51,987 bases of DNA from Deltaproteobacteria bacterium. GTDB taxonomy: Bacteria; Myxococcota_A; UBA796; GCA-2862545. Position numbers and translations under genes: made by a program. Under the pieces are notes generated by a model that worked only from the letters and a program-made list of their open reading frames with translations, did not search any database and had not been told where the DNA came from. The stretch lies in assembly GCA_011376105.1 (NCBI GenBank), contig DRPG01000318.1:1-51987 (forward strand). The letters run 5' to 3'. Of this stretch, positions 26,783-34,988 are shown piece by piece (position 1 is the stretch's first letter; the number at the start of each line of letters is the position of its first letter).

Positions 26783-26984
26783 CTCGGGTGATCACCCGTC
26801 GCCTGTGCTGGCTGCAGGAGACCCGGGGTGCGGGGGGGCCGCCGAGGCACAGCGGTGGGCGTCGTCGTCCTGCGCGGCCTGCCCGGCGTGCTCCAGCTCT
26901 CGCTCTCTGCGCCCGATCGCGTTCCCGAGGGAGGGTCGCTGCGCGCCTACATCGGGCGGATGCTGAAGCTGCCGCTGTGGGGGA

Positions 26985-27704
26985 TCAGGCGGCCATGATG
27001 TGGCCGAGCTTGCGCCGGAGACGCTTCACGCCCTGTCCACACAGCTGGCATGCGCGGGACTCGGTGACTCCGAGGTGCTTGCCGACCTCCTTGAGGGGGA
27101 GCTCATGGAAGTAATACAGCGTGATCGCCGTGGCCTCTCGATCGGGCAGGCGGCCCACCGCCGCGAGCACCAACCCACGCAGCTCGTGCTCCCCGGTGGT
27201 CTCCTCGAGGTTTGCCTCGCTCGCGACCTGCTCGATCAGGGGCGTCGGGTTGTCGTTGGCTGCGGGGGCATCGAGCGACAGCAGCTGGCGGATCTCGGAG
27301 TCCCGCAGCAGGCTCCGGTAGTCTTCGAGCTCGATGCCGAGGCGTCTGGCGATCTCTCCCTCGGTGGGCTGACGCCCGTGGGAGGTGCGCAGGGTCCTGC
27401 GGGCGTGCTCGATCGACTGAGCCTTGCGCCGGACCGAGTGGGGGACCCAGTCGACCGCCCGCAGGGCGTCGAGGATCGCGCCACGGATCCGATGGCGAGC
27501 GTAGGTGTCGAACGGGACCCCACGCGAAGGATTATACCGGGTGATGCTCTCGATCAGCCCGACGACTCCAACGCTGATCAGATCGTCGAGCTCCACCGAC
27601 TGTGGGAGCCTGCTGTGGATCTGTCGCGCGATGCGCTGGACCAGTGAATAGTGCTGTAGAACGAGGGTATTCCTCGCGACCTTCGCCTTTCTCTTCGTAG
27701 ACAT
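26985..27704 (-). CDS. RNA polymerase sigma factor, FliA/WhiG (group 3, sigma-28-like) family
   Basis: Region 2: LVQRIARQI......ELDDLISVGVVGLIESITRYNPSRGVPFDTYARHRIRGAILDALR. Regions 3 and 4: ...LYYFHELPLKEVGKHLGVTESRACQL. Confidence 0.85.
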   Translation of the reverse strand: MSTKRKAKVARNTLVLQHYSLVQRIARQIHSRLPQSVELDDLISVGVVGLIESITRYNPSRGVPFDTYARHRIRGAILDALRAVDWVPHSVRRKAQSIEHARRTLRTSHGRQPTEGEIARRLGIELEDYRSLLRDSEIRQLLSLDAPAANDNPTPLIEQVASEANLEETTGEHELRGLVLAAVGRLPDREATAITLYYFHELPLKEVGKHLGVTESRACQLCGQGVKRLRRKLGHIMAA

Positions 27705-27731
27705 GGTTTCGACCTCCCCGAGGTCACACCA

Positions 27732-27747
27732 TGCGAGGATTGTGCCA
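27732..27747 (-). promoter_or_regulatory. Candidate sigma-54 (-24/-12) promoter upstream of the sigma-28-like gene
   Basis: The minus strand reads TGGCACAATCCTCGCA, against the consensus TGGCACG-N4-TTGCW. The GG and GC dinucleotides have the correct 10-nt spacing. The element lies 28-43 nt upstream of the ATG (27704), and a GGGGAGG SD sits in between. Confidence 0.35.
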
Positions 27748-27823
27748 ATTAGGCACTGTCCAGCACCTTACAGAGGAGGCTTGATAATCGATGACCTCAC
27801 CGGAGCCGCACGGAGTCAGAGCA

Positions 27824-27865
27824 GATACGCGTATCTTTACGGATACGTATCAGCCCGGATACATC
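27824..27865. promoter_or_regulatory. Cluster of GATAC-based palindromes (candidate operator) in the AT-richer divergent promoter region
   Basis: GATACGCGTATC (27824-27835), GATACGTATC (27842-27851) and half-site GATACATC (27858-27865). They lie 65-106 nt upstream of the ThDP-enzyme start. Confidence 0.3.
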
Positions 27866-27929
27866 AGCGTGCTCTGTAGCTCTCGGTTGGCGATGCGCAA
27901 GCGTTCGATGGTTTCACAGGAGGGCTCAC

Positions 27930-29624
27930 ATGAGCTTGGTAGGAAGAACCGTGGAGCTGCGCTCCACACGCACGGCGGACACTATCCTGGGGTGGCTCCA
28001 GGGGCACGGCATCGAGCGGATCTATGGAATTCCAGGAGGGGCGGTGGCGCCCCTCTTCGACGCGCTGGAGGACTCGCCGATCGAGTTGGTGATGTGTCAA
28101 CACGAGGGGATGGCGGGGTACCTCGCCTGTGGAGAGGCGCTCGCCACGGGGCGGCCCGGGGTGGTGCTGGTGACGAGCGGCCCGGGGGTGCTCAACACGA
28201 TCACCCCCGTGGCTGCTGCGTTCCAGGACGAGATCCCGCTGCTTGTGCTGGCGGGGGAGGTGAGGACCGACTGGTCGGGCCGGGGCGCGCTGCAGGACGG
28301 TGGGCCCGCTGGGCTCGACGTCCGCTCTATCTTTCGCTCGGTGACGCGGTTCCAGGACGAGCTGTCTCAGCCCGAGCGCGTCGAGCACCTGCTGGCTGCG
28401 GCCTGGGACGCAGCGATGACCCATCCCCGTGGGCCTTCCCTGCTCCGGGTGCCGGTGGATCTCTGTGCAGAGACGGCCTCTGTCCCGGAGTGGCGTGCCT
28501 CGGTCCAGGCCAAGAGCTGCAGCCATCCGGGGCTGGAGCTCGCCGCGGAGCTGCTGGCGGAGGCTCAGCGGCCCGCGCTGCTCGCGGGGGTGGGGGCCCG
28601 CTCCGCGGGCCTGGGGCCGTGGCTCGAGGAGCTCGCCTACCGGATGCGGATGCCGATCCTCACCGATCTCGAGGCGAAGGGGGTGGTGTCCGAGACCGAT
28701 CCCCTGTGCCTGGGGCTGCACGGTCCTGGCCAGGGCCCAGCGGTCTCAGCCTACGTCGCCGGGGGGATCGACGTGCTGCTGTCGGTGGGCTCTCGCCTCG
28801 ACGACACGGTCACCCATGGGTTTGCGGCGCTGCGGCCCAGCCGGGCCCTGATCCAGCTCGATCACGATCCAGGGCGGTTGCACCGTGCGTGGAAGGCTGA
28901 GCTCGGGTTTGTGGGCGATCTCCGTCTGCTGTGCGAGGCACTGCTCGAGGCCTGCGAGCCGCTGCCGCCCCTGGAGCTGCTCCGGCGCCACGCCCTGATC
29001 ACTGAGGCCCGGGGTGCGGAGGTAGCGGAGCCCCACGAGATGCTCGAGGCCCCCTTCGATCCTCACGGGGTGGTGATCGAGCTCCAGCGGCGCTGGGGAG
29101 GCGACGCGATCTTCCTCACGGACATCGGCAACCACATGTTGTTCACCGCCCACAGCCTCGTGGTCGAGCGCCCCGGGGCGTTCCATGCCTCGGTGGGGCT
29201 GGCGGGGATGGGCTCGGGCATCGGTGCCGCGATGGGCATGGCCGCCGGCCTCGGGGCGGGCAAGCCGGTGGTCTGTGTCTGTGGCGATGGAGGGCTGTTG
29301 ATGGTGGGCAACGAGCTGGCGACGTGTGCACGCTACCGGATCCCGGTGGTCCTCTGTGTGTTCGACGACGGGTACCTGGGCATGGTTGAGGCCGGCATGC
29401 AGGCGGTGTACGGCCGCACGGGGACGGGCCTGTTGCCCCCGGTGTCGGTGTGTGCGTTCGCTCGCTCCCTCGGTGCCGCCGTGATCGATGTGGGTCGACC
29501 CGCGGATCTGAGGCCCCCCTGGGACATGGAGGGGCCGCTGGTGCTGCGGGTCCCCATCGATCCCTCGGTGCGCCTCGCCAACCCCCGGGACGCAGGCTTT
29601 GGCTCGGAGCACTCCCATGGATGA
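27930..29624 (+). CDS. Thiamine-diphosphate-dependent enzyme, acetolactate-synthase-like family
   Basis: N-terminal PYR domain: GIERIYGIPGGAVAPLFDAL, ...HEGMAGYLA...GVVLVTSGPG. C-terminal PP domain: GDGGLLMVGNELATCARYRIPVVLCVFDDGYLGMV (a GDG-X26 motif ending in DD rather than the usual NN). AGGAGG lies before the ATG. Confidence 0.8.
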   Translation: MSLVGRTVELRSTRTADTILGWLQGHGIERIYGIPGGAVAPLFDALEDSPIELVMCQHEGMAGYLACGEALATGRPGVVLVTSGPGVLNTITPVAAAFQDEIPLLVLAGEVRTDWSGRGALQDGGPAGLDVRSIFRSVTRFQDELSQPERVEHLLAAAWDAAMTHPRGPSLLRVPVDLCAETASVPEWRASVQAKSCSHPGLELAAELLAEAQRPALLAGVGARSAGLGPWLEELAYRMRMPILTDLEAKGVVSETDPLCLGLHGPGQGPAVSAYVAGGIDVLLSVGSRLDDTVTHGFAALRPSRALIQLDHDPGRLHRAWKAELGFVGDLRLLCEALLEACEPLPPLELLRRHALITEARGAEVAEPHEMLEAPFDPHGVVIELQRRWGGDAIFLTDIGNHMLFTAHSLVVERPGAFHASVGLAGMGSGIGAAMGMAAGLGAGKPVVCVCGDGGLLMVGNELATCARYRIPVVLCVFDDGYLGMVEAGMQAVYGRTGTGLLPPVSVCAFARSLGAAVIDVGRPADLRPPWDMEGPLVLRVPIDPSVRLANPRDAGFGSEHSHG

Positions 29625-30750
29625 TCGAGCACGGGGATCGGGGATCGGGATCGTGGGGCTTGGTGCGTGCCTGCCGAGCCGGATCCGGGGCAACGACTGG
29701 TGGGCCGGGCGGCTCCCGGAGGAACCCAGTGGGGATCTGATGAGCGATGCGGTCGAGGGCGCCCATGCTTCGGGGGGCGATGCCTGGTCCATCGCGCGGC
29801 GGTGGGCCCGCGAGCCGTTCCATGGGGCGGTGCACCGGCGGGTGATCGACGACGCCCACGCCTCGAGCGATCTGGAGATCGCGGCCTGTCGTCAGGCGCT
29901 GGAGCTCGCCCGGCTCTCTCCGTCAGAGATCTCGACCCTGCTGGGCTACAGCCAGGTGACCGACGACGCGGGTCCGGGGAACCAGGGGCTGGTGGCGCGG
30001 GCGCTGGAGCTGCCGAGGGAGCTGCTGGCCCTGAGCGTGGAGGGGGGCTGTGCCAGCTTTGTCACTCACCTGGAGCTCGCGTGCAGGCTCGGGGCTGCGG
30101 GGAAGCACACGCTGATGTTCCAGTCCAGCGCGACCTCACGGATCTCAGATCCGGACACCTTTCCATCCACCCAGGTCGGGGACGGAGCCGTCGCTCAGAT
30201 CGTGGGGCCGGTGGCTGACGGGCTGGGCTATGTCGACGGGCTGCACTGGCTGCGGCCGGAGCTCCGGGATGGGCTCGTGCTGGGGCGTATGGACGGTGAG
30301 AGGCGTTGGTATGAGGCTGGTCCACGCCCATCCCCCCTGGTGATCTCGGCCCGGGATCGACGGCTGGCCACTCAGATGGGGGCTGTGGGGCCCGAGTACT
30401 GCAGGGAGGTCTGTGCAGCCCTGCTGCAGCGCAACGGCCTGGGGCCCGACGACGTCGACTTCTTCGTCTGCGCCCAGGCCGGGGCGTGGTTTGGGGAGGC
30501 CGCCGCCGTGACCCTGGGGATCGGAGCGGGGCGGTGGGTCCCGGCCGGGGACCACTTCCAGCGCTACGGGCACCTGCTCGCAGCCAGCGCCCCGCTCAAC
30601 CTGTGGGTGGCCTGGACCACAGGCCGCCTGAGGGTGGGGGATCTCGTGCTGATCTACTCCCCCGGGGTGGGGTTCATCCAGGCTGCCGCGCTGGTGCGCT
30701 GGTCTCTCCCTGCCCCTCCAGCGAAGACAGCAGCGACTGAAGTTCCTTGA
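29617..30750 (+). CDS. KASIII (FabH)-like thiolase-fold enzyme with non-canonical active-site residues
   Basis: It is collinear with FabH. Cys is retained (VEGGCASF). The FabH PHQAN position reads CAQAG, and the GNTSAAS position reads GHLLAAS. The ATG overlaps the upstream stop (ATGGATGA). Confidence 0.75.
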   Translation: MDDRARGSGIGIVGLGACLPSRIRGNDWWAGRLPEEPSGDLMSDAVEGAHASGGDAWSIARRWAREPFHGAVHRRVIDDAHASSDLEIAACRQALELARLSPSEISTLLGYSQVTDDAGPGNQGLVARALELPRELLALSVEGGCASFVTHLELACRLGAAGKHTLMFQSSATSRISDPDTFPSTQVGDGAVAQIVGPVADGLGYVDGLHWLRPELRDGLVLGRMDGERRWYEAGPRPSPLVISARDRRLATQMGAVGPEYCREVCAALLQRNGLGPDDVDFFVCAQAGAWFGEAAAVTLGIGAGRWVPAGDHFQRYGHLLAASAPLNLWVAWTTGRLRVGDLVLIYSPGVGFIQAAALVRWSLPAPPAKTAATEVP

Positions 30751-33700
30751 GGAGGAAGGGGATCGGGAGCTCCAGCTCCCGATCCCATCCCTCGGCTCGC
30801 CGGACCACAGGGATCGTGTGGACGCCTGAGGGGAGCTGTTCGATGAGCCTGGGCTCCACCAGCACGCCGATCACCTCCTCGCTTAGGATCTCCCCCGGGG
30901 CCAGGGCCTGAGCCGACCACCCGAGCTGCAGCACGCCCTCGATCAGGGTCCGCTGTAGCTGATCATCGTGCACCAGGATCGCCACCAGGCCGTGGGTGCT
31001 CGTCGATCGGGCTGGATCCGCCCGCAGCCAGGCGGACAGCACCAGGGCGTCGCCCTCGCCGACCTCCAGCTCTCCCTCCAGCTTCCGACACAGCTCGCTG
31101 CACTCGGCCAGCGGGCCCCAGGCCCCGCGACCCGGGGCCCCCGGGGCCTCGACCCGGACCCGGAGCCAGCCGCCCGGTGGGGTGTCGGTGGGCAGGGACA
31201 GGACGCTGTCTGTGGCGCTCGCAGGCTCGGCGGTGATCGTCAGCGGTGCGTCGCTCAGAGAGGCGTCGCTCACGGCCAGCACCAGGTTGACCAGCAGCAG
31301 CTCGAGCAGCTCCGGGGGGGCGGTGGTCCGGAGGCCGGGGCGAGCCTCCGCGTGCAGCGAGCGGCCCTGCAGGTAGCGCTCCACGAGGTCTGGGAGGCCC
31401 TCGACCACGAGATCCAGCCGGGTGTCGAGGCACTCGGAGGGCGCCACCTCCGGAGCCGTGGGCTCGGAAGGCCCCAGAGGTGGCGGGGTGTGGATGGCCA
31501 GGGCCTCGTGGAGTTGAGCGGCGCGCTCGGCGTGCACCTGAGCCGTGGCCACGTCCCGGACGGCCAGCACCCTCGCCATCACCTCGAGGGCCTCGAGCTC
31601 ATGCCAGCTCTCCCCATGGGACGGGGCGGTGCTGATCACGATCTCCAGCGCCTCCTGAGTGGCCTCGATCTCCCCCTGGGCCAGGTGCAGCGAGGCCTCG
31701 ACGAGGTGGCTCGCGATCCGCAGGGAGCAGACCCGACGACGGCGTCGCCTGAGCCTCGCCACCAGCCGCTTCGCCCGGGACAGGCTCCCGCCCTCGGGGA
31801 TCCGGGCGACCGCCACCTTCGCCGCGGCGAGGATCGCGATCTCGAGGAAGGCTGGCCGCAGCCGAGCGTGATCGATGCGCTCGAGCGCCCGCTGAGCAAA
31901 GGACTCAGCAGCGAACGGTCGCCCGACCCGCTCCAGGGCCATCGCCGTCATGGCGTCTCCGATGACGAGGCTGATCAGATCGTGGGACTCGGACCTGGGA
32001 TCAGCTCCGTGAGCCAGCCCCTGGACCGTCGATGCATCCAGCGCGCCGGAGCGGGCCTGGACCCACAGCCGCATCCCGCGCAGGCCTGGCAGGATGCTGC
32101 GGTTACGCTGGCGGAACGCGGCGGCCTCAGCGTGCTGGATGCGCTGCAGCAGGCGATCGGCGGGCTCTCGATCCAGGGCGTAGAGCACGCCCAGCGCCAT
32201 GGTGACGACCCCGATCGACAGATCGCCGGCGCGCTGGAAGGCCTCGATGGCGCTCGAGAAGGCCTGCTGGCCCCCATCATAGTTGCCCAGGCCCAGCAGC
32301 CCCTGGCCCCGGAAGTGCTGGACGATCCCCAGTGCATAGGGATCTTCGTCTGCCTTGGCGTCCCGCTCTGCGCGATCGAGCAGCCGGGCCATCCACTCGA
32401 TGGCGCCCGCCTCGGCGAGGCTGACGGAGATGAAGGCCCGGGCCCTGGAGGTCGCGCTGCTCGAGCGGCCCGTCGTGGCCTCCAGCATCCGGGCGAGGCT
32501 CGCGAACACCAGGAACGGGCGGTTGGTGGACAGGCCCGCGACGATCGTGGTGTGCAGCAGGCAGAGCTGATCGGCGATGGCGTCGTCCTGGCGGGGCCTG
32601 AGGGCGGCGAGCAGCCCCCGGCCGACCTCGAGCAGGGCCTCGGGCCAGCTCTGGGGGAGGCGCTGGCCCACCACCCGCAGGGCGCGATCCGCCAGCTCCC
32701 GGCCCGCCTGGACCGCGCCCTCGAGGTACAGCCCGTGCAGGGCCTTGTTGGCGATCTCCAGGGCGAGCTGGGGGCTGTCGACGATCTCCACGGTGGCGAG
32801 GTAGGTCGCCAGCGCGTCCTTGGGGCGACGGAGGAGGAGCAGGGCGTCGGCCCGCCCCTCGAGGGCGCGTCGACGCAGCCGCCGCTCCCCGCTGCGCTCC
32901 AGCGCTCGATCGAAGTGCCACAGGGCCCGATCCGCGTCATAGACCCGCAGGCGCTCCTCGCCGGCCTCGACGTGGAGATCGGCGATCCCTGGGTCGGGGC
33001 CGCTCGCCTCGGCATGCTCGGCGTGCCAGGCCCGCTGGGGGGGGGACGGCGCCTCGTGCCGCTCGAGCCAGCGCGACACCGCGCGGTGGGCGTAGCGGAC
33101 GGCGAGCTCCCCGGCGGAGTCGAGGACGCGCCGGCGCGCAGCCTTCGTCGGCCACCCCAGGCGCCGATCGGGCCCCCGGATCACCACATGGGACGCGCTG
33201 AGCTGCTCCAGGCCTTCCTGGATCCTGGAGACGGGCCAGCGGGTCACCCGGCTGAGCCAGGACTGCTCCATCGGCTCGGTGTGCACCGCGAGGATCGTGG
33301 CCAGGCGCCGGGCGTCCCGGGAGAGATCTTCCCACCGCCAGGGCGTGATCAGCTGCAGCAGCTCGGCCCCTTGGCTCCTGCGGGCGAGGTGCCAGGCCTC
33401 GCCCCGGGCGATGTGGCCGGTGCGCAGCGCAGAGCGCAGCGCGTCCCAGGCGCCCCGGGGGTTGCCCTCCGAGGCCCGCGACAGCAGCTCCACGATCTCG
33501 GGGAGCTGAGCCACCGCGCCGGGCAGGATGCTGGAGACGAGATCGGCGATCTCGTCGTCGCTGTAGGGCTTCAGCTCGATCCCCGAGACCGGGCGCGGCA
33601 GCTCCAGGGCGTGCTCGGGCGCGGTGATCACCACCGCGGTGTGGTGCTCGGGGCCGGGGGCCAGGAGGTGGTACAGCAGGGATCGGGTGCTGACGTCGGC

Positions 33701-34900
33701 GTGGTGTAGATCGTCGAGCAGCAGCAGCAGGGGACGCTCCGGGGTCCCCACGGCGCTTAGGAGCGCTGCGGCGGTGACCGTGTGCCGCAGGAAGCGCTTG
33801 CTCAGTGGCAGCCCCGGCAGCGGGGGGCCCTGGCCGATCAGGGCGCTCAGCCGAGCGTCGATCAGGTGGACCAGGCCGTGCAGTGGACCGACCGCGGCGA
33901 GCATCCGGCCCGCGATCGCGTCGCGCTCTGCATGGGGCAGCGCCTCCACTGCGCTCGCCAGCGCCCCCATCAGCTCCCCAAGGCCCCCGGCGCTGGGGAT
34001 CTCTGCGGCGTAGGCTACGCGGATACACAGCGCAGCATCTCCCCGCTGTAGCTCCAGCGCGGCCTGCTCGAGCAGGCGCGAGCGGCCGACGCCCGGCTCA
34101 CCGGTGACGAGCAGCAGGCTTGGGCCCTCGTGTCGCGCCTGGGCCAGCAGCTTGTGGATCTCGAGCAGCTCGCTGGTGCGCCCCACGAACGGAGGGATCG
34201 CCGGGAGGATCTGATCGTTGGAGGGTTGCTCGCCGGGGGGAGCCTCGAGGCTTAGGGCCAGGGCCCGGGCGGTCCGGGGGAGCTCTTCGACCCAGCTCCT
34301 GGGCGCATCGAGCTCGATCAGCAGGTGCTTGAGGGCCTCTACATCGCGATCGAGGAGATCATCGGAGGGAGCCGGGCACAGATCCAGCAGGTGGGTCCAG
34401 TCGACGATCTGGCAGCGCCGGCTCCGATCCAGCCGCAGGCCCCGGGGAGAGAACCTCGCGCTGGCGAGGCCCTGCTCGTGGAGCCGGGCCAGGATCCCGG
34501 CCAGGACGTGCCCGATCGAGCGCAGCTCGGGGGCTGAGAGGCCTGGAGCCAGGGGCGGGGACTCTGTGGGCTGCACCGCCAACAGCAGCCCTGTGTCGGT
34601 CCAGCCCACCCCATGGATCCAGGGGTGTGCCTGGTAGGCCGACAGCGCTCCCCGGATCCTCCGGGTGATCGTTGGGGTAGCGGGGAGGAAGACCAGATCC
34701 AGGCGGTGGTGAGGGGCGATGCCCAGCTGGCGGTTCAGATCGGTGACCGCGACCTTCCACCCCACCCGATCGTGCCGGACCCGGCCCAGGACACAGAAGC
34801 GCTCGGACAGCAGCAGGGATCCGGGCTGGACGAGGAAAGGATCTGGGGTGCGCTCTTCCCCGAGGTTGGTGTACACCGGGTTGGTGTTCCCGCTCGTCAT
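30674..34900 (-). CDS. Large multidomain STAND-like protein: kinase-like N-domain, AAA_16-type NTPase, TPR/helical array, HATPase-like and receiver-like C-terminal segments
   Basis: FVGRTSELLEI...SLLLVTGEPGVGRSRLLEQAA (P-loop with Arg at the Lys position). LLLLLDDLHHAD (Walker B). A roughly 600-aa helical repeat region follows. The C-terminus has LLELLLVNLVLAVSDA...VEAPGAPGRG, then VAILVHDDQL...IGVLVEPRL. ATG at 34900 preceded by GAGAGGGG. Confidence 0.75.
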   Translation of the reverse strand: MTSGNTNPVYTNLGEERTPDPFLVQPGSLLLSERFCVLGRVRHDRVGWKVAVTDLNRQLGIAPHHRLDLVFLPATPTITRRIRGALSAYQAHPWIHGVGWTDTGLLLAVQPTESPPLAPGLSAPELRSIGHVLAGILARLHEQGLASARFSPRGLRLDRSRRCQIVDWTHLLDLCPAPSDDLLDRDVEALKHLLIELDAPRSWVEELPRTARALALSLEAPPGEQPSNDQILPAIPPFVGRTSELLEIHKLLAQARHEGPSLLLVTGEPGVGRSRLLEQAALELQRGDAALCIRVAYAAEIPSAGGLGELMGALASAVEALPHAERDAIAGRMLAAVGPLHGLVHLIDARLSALIGQGPPLPGLPLSKRFLRHTVTAAALLSAVGTPERPLLLLLDDLHHADVSTRSLLYHLLAPGPEHHTAVVITAPEHALELPRPVSGIELKPYSDDEIADLVSSILPGAVAQLPEIVELLSRASEGNPRGAWDALRSALRTGHIARGEAWHLARRSQGAELLQLITPWRWEDLSRDARRLATILAVHTEPMEQSWLSRVTRWPVSRIQEGLEQLSASHVVIRGPDRRLGWPTKAARRRVLDSAGELAVRYAHRAVSRWLERHEAPSPPQRAWHAEHAEASGPDPGIADLHVEAGEERLRVYDADRALWHFDRALERSGERRLRRRALEGRADALLLLRRPKDALATYLATVEIVDSPQLALEIANKALHGLYLEGAVQAGRELADRALRVVGQRLPQSWPEALLEVGRGLLAALRPRQDDAIADQLCLLHTTIVAGLSTNRPFLVFASLARMLEATTGRSSSATSRARAFISVSLAEAGAIEWMARLLDRAERDAKADEDPYALGIVQHFRGQGLLGLGNYDGGQQAFSSAIEAFQRAGDLSIGVVTMALGVLYALDREPADRLLQRIQHAEAAAFRQRNRSILPGLRGMRLWVQARSGALDASTVQGLAHGADPRSESHDLISLVIGDAMTAMALERVGRPFAAESFAQRALERIDHARLRPAFLEIAILAAAKVAVARIPEGGSLSRAKRLVARLRRRRRRVCSLRIASHLVEASLHLAQGEIEATQEALEIVISTAPSHGESWHELEALEVMARVLAVRDVATAQVHAERAAQLHEALAIHTPPPLGPSEPTAPEVAPSECLDTRLDLVVEGLPDLVERYLQGRSLHAEARPGLRTTAPPELLELLLVNLVLAVSDASLSDAPLTITAEPASATDSVLSLPTDTPPGGWLRVRVEAPGAPGRGAWGPLAECSELCRKLEGELEVGEGDALVLSAWLRADPARSTSTHGLVAILVHDDQLQRTLIEGVLQLGWSAQALAPGEILSEEVIGVLVEPRLIEQLPSGVHTIPVVRRAEGWDRELELPIPFLLKELQSLLSSLEGQGETSAPARQPG

Positions 34901-34988
34901 CCCCTCTCGTCCTCGATCTCTGTTGGGTGTGGACCGTGGCTTGTGGTCGCGCTGGATCATGCCACACCAGGGGGCCCCAGACCACGCG

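Noticed and set aside
26602-27114. ORFs crossing the GCCCTC microsatellite (SPSPSP..., ALALAL... and antisense GRGRGR... translations)
   Set aside because: All three frames are open only because of the repeat and the GC content. There is no RBS or domain signal. The far end of the plus-strand ORF runs antisense into the sigma-factor gene.
30968-33709. 913-aa ORF on the plus strand
   Set aside because: It is antisense to the STAND-like gene, whose own translation carries P-loop, Walker B and TPR features. The plus-strand product is G/R/P/L-rich without motifs.
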